Origin: Promethearchaeota archaeon
Lineage (GTDB): Archaea > Asgardarchaeota > Lokiarchaeia > Sigyniarchaeales > SOKP01
DNA length: 24,000 nt
Assembly: GCA_048938445.1 (NCBI GenBank)
Contig: JBHLME010000013.1
Coordinates: forward strand, 19,237-43,236
Direction: 5' to 3'
A model generated the notes under the pieces. It saw only the letters and a list, made by a program, of their open reading frames with translations, searched no databases and was not told the DNA's origin. Position 1 is the first letter of the stretch. The number at the start of each line of letters is the position of its first letter. The position numbers and the translations under genes are program-made. This document shows, one piece after another, positions 1-6,650 of this stretch.

Positions 1-170
1 TGACATCCTCGACATTTCAAACCTTCAATATTTTCCATATCTCGCCCCCATCCTACTTTTTCCATCAACTTAGCTGATTCTTTTAGTTGTTCAAGACTAC
101 CACTTATTGTTGCAACATATCTTGGACAAGCAGTACAATTATCTCCACAATAAGCTAATTTAATTATCAT
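1..170 (-). CDS. Cys-rich DUF3795-like protein, first 56 codons only (gene runs off the left edge)
   Basis: Not in the ORF track because it is truncated. Reverse complement of 1-170 reads MIIKLAYCGDNCTACPRYVATISGSLEQLKESAKLMEKVGWGRDMENIEGLKCRGC. The ATG is the complement of 168-170. The N-terminal YCG-x2-C-x2-C pattern plus a later CxGC is what I associate with DUF3795. Confidence 0.55.
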   Translation of the reverse strand, partial: MIIKLAYCGDNCTACPRYVATISGSLEQLKESAKLMEKVGWGRDMENIEGLKCRGC

Positions 171-290
171 TCACCTTTTTGGTTGGATTATCTTCACAAC
201 ATTCTACATGATTTAAAGCTTTTACTTTTTGCTCTGAAGATCTTCATCAAATTTAAGAAAATTATCCTCATTATTATAAAATCTATTGTA

Positions 291-959
291 TTAAAAAGAG
301 GTTATAAGAATTATAACTCCAATGATAATGAAAATAGATACCGAGACAATTTTAAGATGAAATTTAGGTACTTTTCGAGCAATAATAGCACCAAAAAAGA
401 CACCCATCCACGCTAAACTTATTAATGCTAAAAATGAACCTAACCATACTTCAAGAGGATGGGGATATATTGACGCTAAGGTGATTGTTAAAATCTGTGT
501 TTTATCTCCCAATTCCATTATGAAAATAAACAAAAAACCTGCTAAATATGGATTTTTCCTTAAATTAGATAGTCTATCCGATATCTTATTTTTAGATTGA
601 TCATCAGAAATAGTATTTTGGACTTTATTATCAACGGGACCCACCTTATTTCTATCGCTTTTAGATAATTTCCTCTCATAATAAAGCCTCTTCAATCCTC
701 GGGCTTCCAATATACCAATTAGAATGAAAACTATACCTGATAATATCGAAATTATAGAAATGGGAACAAATCGCGTTATGACCGCACCAAAGAAGACTCC
801 AAGCGTTACAATTACCGCAAATCCGAGCATGGCACCAAAACCTACTTTATATGATTTTTCATGCTCTAAACTAAGATTGAACACAATTAATTGAGTTTTA
901 TCTCCTAATTCACCTAAAAATAAAAGACCAAATGTAGTTATTAATGTTATTAAGTTCAT
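291..959 (-). CDS. UPF0016 / GDT1 / TMEM165-family divalent cation (Ca2+/Mn2+) transporter, fused two-repeat form
   Basis: 222 aa with two copies of the family signature E-x-G-D-K-T (GELGDKTQLIVFN and MELGDKTQILTITL). Each copy sits at the start of a 3-TM half, and the halves are joined by a hydrophilic K/D/N-rich loop. Confidence 0.9.
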   Translation of the reverse strand: MNLITLITTFGLLFLGELGDKTQLIVFNLSLEHEKSYKVGFGAMLGFAVIVTLGVFFGAVITRFVPISIISILSGIVFILIGILEARGLKRLYYERKLSKSDRNKVGPVDNKVQNTISDDQSKNKISDRLSNLRKNPYLAGFLFIFIMELGDKTQILTITLASIYPHPLEVWLGSFLALISLAWMGVFFGAIIARKVPKFHLKIVSVSIFIIIGVIILITSF

Positions 960-1171
960 GAGAGATCAAGTGAACTTTTTTTTTTTTATTTTTCGACCTA
1001 TTTTTAATAAGTATTATATTATTAATTTATGGATAAAAATCTTAAAATTAAGAAAAATTGTATTATCATGAAGACCATTTATTATTATATTTTAAGAAGT
1101 GATTATTTCTGAGTGAGAACACCAAATTAGAGTTAAAAAATCAAACGATATATTTTCGATCCTCTGAGGAT

Positions 1172-2170
1172 ATGCGAGAATTAGAAAATGAATCAATTGA
1201 CGTGATAATCACTTCACCACCTTATAATAGGGGTAAGACGTATTCTTCTGACCGAGGTGAACAATTCAATGATAGTAAGGAATTAGATGAATATCTATCT
1301 CTTTTAAAGCGAGTGTGGAAGGAGTGTTTAAGAGTTTCAAAATCTACTTCCGTTTTTTTTCTCAATATAGGGGATTCTGCTTCGGATCAAGGAATTTCAG
1401 AAAAGGTTGCGCTCTCGATGGAAGAAGTTGGTTGGATTCGCATCCAAGATATCGTATGGATAAAATCATTCTTAGGAAAGGGGCATTATACTCCTTCAGG
1501 AGGCACTAAGAGGTTAAATAATTTATGGGAACATGTTTATTTATTCGTCAAGAATAAAAACCAGTATGAATTGGACCCTAAAGAAATAGGAATTCCTTAT
1601 GCTGATAAATCTAATATTGGTAGATACTCAAATATTGACTTGAGAGATGCAGGTAACATTTGGCTGATTCCATATGAAAAAACCACGGGAGCCACCATCA
1701 AAAAAGGTCACGATGCACCATTTCCAATTGGTCTCCCATATAAATGCATTAAATTGGTACCAAATGTTGAAAAAGTATTGGATCCATTTGGTGGGACCTG
1801 TTCTACCTTAGGAGCTTGTGTAAAATTAGGGATTAAAGGAATTGCTTATGAGAAATATCCTCGTATAGACGTGATCAAGGAAAGAATCAATGAAGGTGTT
1901 CTGTATAAAGAAGAAGATATCATTTTAATACCTCATCTTGAATTAACGGTAAAGTTGCTATCAGATTTGCTTTCAAAATTATCATATGTCCCACAGAAAA
2001 TAAAAACCAAGAAAAAATTCAATGAATTACAGATATTAAAGGATATTTTAGAAAACTTAAACCTTAACAATGCTTTTAAAAGGAATCTTAAAGTAAGAAT
2101 AAATCAATACTTACAAAATCAAGAAGAAGAAAATAGTAAAAAAAACAAATTTATCCAAAAAACATTATAA
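1172..2170 (+). CDS. DNA methyltransferase, beta-class N4-cytosine/N6-adenine family (SPPY type, possibly m4C)
   Basis: Motif IV is IITSPPYN near the N-terminus. HDAPFPIGLP and motif I VLDPFGGTCST lie about 200 aa downstream, giving the IV-then-I order of the beta class. A roughly 100-aa K/N/E-rich C-terminal tail follows. The frame is open and family-like upstream to 1103, with CTG at 1109 (see findings). Confidence 0.85.
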   Translation: MRELENESIDVIITSPPYNRGKTYSSDRGEQFNDSKELDEYLSLLKRVWKECLRVSKSTSVFFLNIGDSASDQGISEKVALSMEEVGWIRIQDIVWIKSFLGKGHYTPSGGTKRLNNLWEHVYLFVKNKNQYELDPKEIGIPYADKSNIGRYSNIDLRDAGNIWLIPYEKTTGATIKKGHDAPFPIGLPYKCIKLVPNVEKVLDPFGGTCSTLGACVKLGIKGIAYEKYPRIDVIKERINEGVLYKEEDIILIPHLELTVKLLSDLLSKLSYVPQKIKTKKKFNELQILKDILENLNLNNAFKRNLKVRINQYLQNQEEENSKKNKFIQKTL

Positions 2171-2447
2171 CTTTTCTTTTACTATTTAAGTTTATTATCT
2201 CACGGAACTTTCAAATATAGGTATTAATGCATCTTAATTATGATAATAAAAGACTTTTTATCTATTAAAACTAATGTGAAACATTAATAATTATAAAAAA
2301 GAGTAATATTTGTTATAATATAAAATAGAAATTCTGAAATTAATCATAAGAAACATTTAAATATACAAGACCGTCACTACTCTATTATAAGAAATTTTAT
2401 CAATTATATAAGCTCATTAGGGTTTTAATTAGTATATAGAGGTTTTA

Positions 2448-2693
2448 ATGATAATGTTTCCAGACATAAAACTAGATAATAAGATTAGAAATAATAAGGA
2501 TTTTATGGCAGAAATCCAAATGCACATTGATTTTGATAAAAATGAGAAGGTTCTTTACAATAATCTATATTTTAAAGGATGTAAATATGTCCTTAAGATG
2601 CCAATCTACTCGATTAAGAATGAATGTTTATTTAATGAATGTAAAATAGAAAGATTCAAGTTTAATAATCAAGTGTTTTTTTTGCATTACTGA
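2448..2693 (+). CDS. hypothetical 81-aa ORF, doubtful
   Basis: The only ORF of 60 aa or more in a 760-bp very AT-rich gap. No recognisable motif, and the N/K/F/I-rich composition is indistinguishable from translated AT-rich spacer. Confidence 0.2.
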   Translation: MIMFPDIKLDNKIRNNKDFMAEIQMHIDFDKNEKVLYNNLYFKGCKYVLKMPIYSIKNECLFNECKIERFKFNNQVFFLHY

Positions 2694-2930
2694 TGGTATT
2701 GATAAGAATATGGGGAAGATTTTTGATATTAGAGATTATGAGATTAATCAATCTAATATAAAAATACTCCTAATTGTATTGTATTCATGCAAAAATAAAT
2801 TTATCATTGTTTTGTATTATCATAAATTTATTATAAATGGTGAAGTGAATTTAGAAATTTAAAGAGTTAGACATTAAAATATATCACATACCCAAAATAT
2901 AAATTTATAAAAATTTACTATTGATCTAAG

Positions 2931-3563
2931 ATGTCATCAAATAATTCGTCAGAAACTGAAATTCGAATGGTATGTCCACATTGTAAAATTAGTTTCAAAA
3001 AACAAATGGACGTCCAAAATATTGATGGATTATATACTACGTTAATAAACAAACATCCTAATGGAGAAAATTGCCCTCCATTCTTAGCTTTTATTGATTC
3101 GGCAGGAAAACACCGAGGCTCTCAAAAAATTGATAATATTGAGCATGGTTTCACTATTAATGAACAAATTGTACAAAATGCTCGTAATAGGATAAATGAA
3201 CTTAAAGATGCCATACGCTTTTACCATTTAAAAATCCCACGTGAAAAGGGAAGAGGATTTGAACAAAAAATCTCAAATGTTACCGATCGTGTATTAATGG
3301 GTTCAAGAGCTTATACAATCTTGATGGAATCTCTAACTGCGACTCAAGTGGAAAACATGTTTGGCATGATAACGATGGAAAAAAGGAAAAATTTCGATGG
3401 AGGATTATTAGTGTATGGAAAATATAATGGATTGATATACACATTGTTTTGGAAAGATCAAAAATCTCTTCAGAATCAATCCATTGTAGAAATCCAAGCA
3501 AATGCTAATCTTACCGTTGAAAAATTATTAGACATTTATGATTTAATGGATCTCTTCCTTTAA
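2931..3563 (+). CDS. uncharacterised protein with N-terminal CPxC Zn-module (paralog A)
   Basis: 210 aa. N-terminus is VCPHCK-x23-H-x5-C-PPFLAFIDSAGKHRGSQKID. The same module occurs in the ORF at 21396-22244. The C-terminal half is strand-rich (GGLLVYGKYNGLIYTLFW) and I recognise no family. Confidence 0.6.
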   Translation: MSSNNSSETEIRMVCPHCKISFKKQMDVQNIDGLYTTLINKHPNGENCPPFLAFIDSAGKHRGSQKIDNIEHGFTINEQIVQNARNRINELKDAIRFYHLKIPREKGRGFEQKISNVTDRVLMGSRAYTILMESLTATQVENMFGMITMEKRKNFDGGLLVYGKYNGLIYTLFWKDQKSLQNQSIVEIQANANLTVEKLLDIYDLMDLFL

Positions 3564-3784
3564 AAATGAATTATTTTGAAATTAATTATCCTTTATCACT
3601 AAAATATCTAATTTTTCTAATTTTATATCAAATATTATATTTTTAAGAGATAAAAACTTATTTCTATTGAAAATGCGAATGTTTAATGCTATAACACGAA
3701 CGAATGCTGATTTTTTATAACATATAAATAACCGTATTATTTTCAATTTAATAGCTATTTAATCCCTTCCTTCTTTACTTACCA

Positions 3785-4603
3785 ATGCAGGTCTCGATAG
3801 ATCAATTAGCTGAGGAAATATTCAATCAAAACGTGAAAAACATAGAATTAATTAGTTATTTTAAGAGATCTACAGAAAAATCCCCCGTTTTTTTAAGTGT
3901 CATTAATAGAAATTATGCTGAAATAAGACCACTTCTTTCCAATAATCTAATTATTGCTTTAGAACCCGTAAAAAGCTATATTTTTAATATTGATGCTTTA
4001 GAAAATTGTTTTTATGAATCATATCAAGAAAAAATCGATTTTTTAAAGGATGAAATTTGGAAGAGAAAAAGAGCAAAAACAAAGCTCATTAATATGACTG
4101 AGGAAATGGAACCTGAAGAAGGAGATCAAGAGTATGAACTAAAATTAAAATCTTGTCTTGAATTTGCCCGTAAATCTATAGATTCATTGGATAAAATGGA
4201 ATTAGAAAAAGAAGATTTTAACAAGATGGTTGCTAATTATCAAGCGAAAATGAAAGAGGATCCTATCTATAAATTTTTACTCTATGTGAGAAATGATAAA
4301 GATTTCATGTTTAATAAAAGGACTGAAGATAACGAAGGAGTCATTCGTAAGAAAATAATAAGTTATTCTGAGGCTAGTATGCCCGGAAACGCGAAACAAT
4401 TTTTCACGATATTAAAGAAACGAGGATTTTATAAGGAGTATGCCCCTGCTCAAAATTATTACATAACGGAATTAGGATTATTGATTGATAATAAACTAAA
4501 AAAGCGTAATTGGGAGCTAGATGATGAAGACTTTGAAAAATTTGAAGAAGAGATTGCACAAGAAGAGGAATTCAACTGCTTAAAAGACAATTTTGGCTTC
4601 TAA
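3785..4603 (+). CDS. uncharacterised 272-aa protein, tandem paralog 1
   Basis: Aligns without gaps to the next ORF, roughly 40-50% identical by eye. Shared blocks include LI.YFK..T.K.PVFL, SYIFNID.LEN.FY, EMEPEEGD, KKKIISYS and EIAQEEEF......FGF-COOH. The centre is charged and looks like coiled coil. Confidence 0.75.
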   Translation: MQVSIDQLAEEIFNQNVKNIELISYFKRSTEKSPVFLSVINRNYAEIRPLLSNNLIIALEPVKSYIFNIDALENCFYESYQEKIDFLKDEIWKRKRAKTKLINMTEEMEPEEGDQEYELKLKSCLEFARKSIDSLDKMELEKEDFNKMVANYQAKMKEDPIYKFLLYVRNDKDFMFNKRTEDNEGVIRKKIISYSEASMPGNAKQFFTILKKRGFYKEYAPAQNYYITELGLLIDNKLKKRNWELDDEDFEKFEEEIAQEEEFNCLKDNFGF

Positions 4604-4706
4604 GAACAAATTTATTCAATTTCGATTAATTTTAAGAATATTACTTACGTAGTTCGAATATATTAAATTGATCTATTTTTAATATATGTTTAACGTAGTA
4701 TAATGT

Positions 4707-5525
4707 ATGGTAGAGTTATTTCAGCAGGAAGAAGAAGAATCACTTGAAAACAAATTAGAACATGTTCAATTGATAAACTATTTCAAGAAAGCGACAAGTA
4801 AAACTCCCGTATTTTTAACAAGTATTCAAAAAAAGTATCATGAAATAAAGCCTCTCCTTGAAATGGGATTAATTCAATGCCAAGATCCTGAATGCAGTTA
4901 CATTTTTAATATTGATAAGTTAGAAAATTATTTCTATTCAAAATATCAAGAACAAATTGATAATTTGAGATTAAAAATTCAAGATGCTAAAAGGAAAAAG
5001 AAAGAATTGATGAAGCTTGTAGCAGAGATGGAACCTGAAGAAGGAGATCCTGATTATGATGATAAACTATTCAATTGTCTATTATTTGCGAGAAAAGCAA
5101 CGCAAGAATCTCAGACTATTGAAGAAGAAAGAGAAAAAATGACTAAAATAATGAAAAAAATGGCTAATAAAATGAGAAAAGATCCATTCTTTGAGTTCCT
5201 ACTTTATATTAGAAATGATAGATCTATCACTTTTAATAAAAGAGTGCTTGACGAAGATAGCCTGATAAAGAAAAAGATAATCTCTTATTCGAATGCTTGC
5301 TGCAAAAATGAGGATACCATTTTATATAAGGAACTTAAGAAAATGGGATTTTTTAAGGCTTATGGACCAGCAAAAAGTTATTTTATTACTGATTTAGGGA
5401 AAAACATTGATAAGCAATTAAATAATCTCGTTTGGATAGAAGATGAGAATTCATATGAAAAAAATGCTGCTGAAATTGCTCAAGAAGAGGAATTTGAATT
5501 AATTCGAGAAAAGTTTGGCTTCTGA
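4707..5525 (+). CDS. uncharacterised 272-aa protein, tandem paralog 2
   Basis: Same length and block structure as 3785-4603. An identical 22-nt stretch atggaacctgaagaaggagatc occurs at the same codon offset in both (4106-4127 and 5028-5049). Confidence 0.75.
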   Translation: MVELFQQEEEESLENKLEHVQLINYFKKATSKTPVFLTSIQKKYHEIKPLLEMGLIQCQDPECSYIFNIDKLENYFYSKYQEQIDNLRLKIQDAKRKKKELMKLVAEMEPEEGDPDYDDKLFNCLLFARKATQESQTIEEEREKMTKIMKKMANKMRKDPFFEFLLYIRNDRSITFNKRVLDEDSLIKKKIISYSNACCKNEDTILYKELKKMGFFKAYGPAKSYFITDLGKNIDKQLNNLVWIEDENSYEKNAAEIAQEEEFELIREKFGF

Positions 5526-5666
5526 TTCATAAATTAAGAAAATATCAAATCTTAATCTTAAAAGATTCATATCTAATGTATCGTAGTTTATTTAAATAAT
5601 AGAATGCTAGATCTAATTCATACCCATAACACTCTCTATTATAAATAAAAAAAACATAAGTTTACC

Positions 5667-6446
5667 ATGATATCGTTTATAATATGTGCTTTCTTGGTTG
5701 GATGGAGCATATACAAGCGTACTCGACCTGAAGGAAAAATTGAAGGGATGCCCCTTGGACTACCTCGCGGTACAGTTAGAGCCATAATTACCATCGTGAT
5801 CGTGTCATTTCCCGTTCAATTAATTCTAACTGGCACCCAAATACCTGGTTTGGTTATTAATTCGATATTTATTATTGTTGCGTTTTACTATGAAGCACGA
5901 AAACCTGGCGAAGACCGTCTTAAAAGAATTATTAAAGAATTAAAAAATCCTGAAAAACATAAAATTGAAGAAAAAAGAATTATTAAACCACTCTATTTGC
6001 CTAAATACTCCGTGAGGATAATATTATTATTATTACTATTGCTAATAATAGGATTAAGTATATTAACCGAAACAGTTATTCAAACGACAAATACAATAAT
6101 GGATATCATATTAATAATTGGACTTTACATGCTAGGCTCTCTTTTAAGGGGCATTGGCGTTCGCAGTGAACGTAAAAAAATCAAGGAACAAATTGCGAAA
6201 ATAAAAGATTATCAAACAATGTCTCGATACCAATTAATAGAACAATTAATGGAAGAAAAACTTACTTGGTGGCAACGTAAAGGAAAAAGTATTCTATCTT
6301 TATTCACATTAACTTGCGTTATTATATCGTTAGCTTTATATACCGCTAATTTGGAAATTGTTTTAGTAGAAAATCCATACTATTTTATCTCACTTCAGGG
6401 ACTTCTATTATTAACCATTAACTTGTACTATGGTATTCGGGAATAA
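5667..6446 (+). CDS. uncharacterised polytopic membrane protein (about 7 TM)
   Basis: 259 aa with hydrophobic segments at about residues 1-16, 39-56, 61-75, 118-134, 143-160, 209-226 and 238-257. They are separated by K/R/E-rich loops. No family recognised. Confidence 0.7.
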   Translation: MISFIICAFLVGWSIYKRTRPEGKIEGMPLGLPRGTVRAIITIVIVSFPVQLILTGTQIPGLVINSIFIIVAFYYEARKPGEDRLKRIIKELKNPEKHKIEEKRIIKPLYLPKYSVRIILLLLLLLIIGLSILTETVIQTTNTIMDIILIIGLYMLGSLLRGIGVRSERKKIKEQIAKIKDYQTMSRYQLIEQLMEEKLTWWQRKGKSILSLFTLTCVIISLALYTANLEIVLVENPYYFISLQGLLLLTINLYYGIRE

Positions 6447-6650
6447 AAATACAAATATTCTTCTTTTTTTTTATTTAACATAATTTTAAAAATAACTTCT
6501 ATTTCTAAATTATTAGATTAATTTAAAGAATTCCATTAAAGTTTTAGTTAAATATTAATGAGGGTCGCGGGTTATTTTTTTCTGTAATATTTTCGGACGC
6601 TTAGCACATGTAAATATCTTTTAAAAACTATAAAAAACTTTGGGGGTTCC

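Noticed and set aside
183-416. 77-aa + strand ORF from the track
   Set aside because: It overlaps the 3' part of the well-supported UPF0016 gene on the opposite strand. The product is K/I/N-rich low-complexity sequence, so this is a shadow ORF.
1315-1509. 64-aa + strand ORF in an alternative frame
   Set aside because: It lies inside the methyltransferase CDS in another frame and has no motif.
3280-3501. 73-aa antisense ORF
   Set aside because: It lies entirely inside the 2931-3563 CDS on the opposite strand, which is typical of an AT-rich shadow ORF.
5475-5525. Reading the conserved tail EIAQEEEF..(L/I)..(K/N)FGF as a PCNA-interacting PIP box
   Set aside because: The canonical pattern Q-x-x-(L/I/M)-x-x-(F/Y)-(F/Y) is not satisfied, because the residue three after Q is Glu. 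The tail is kept only as an unspecified docking-motif hypothesis.
6562-6581. GC-rich patch GGGTCGCGGG followed by T7 upstream of the first kinase, as a possible ncRNA or terminator
   Set aside because: I could find no complementary arm to form a stem. It is too short for a tRNA or other structured RNA.
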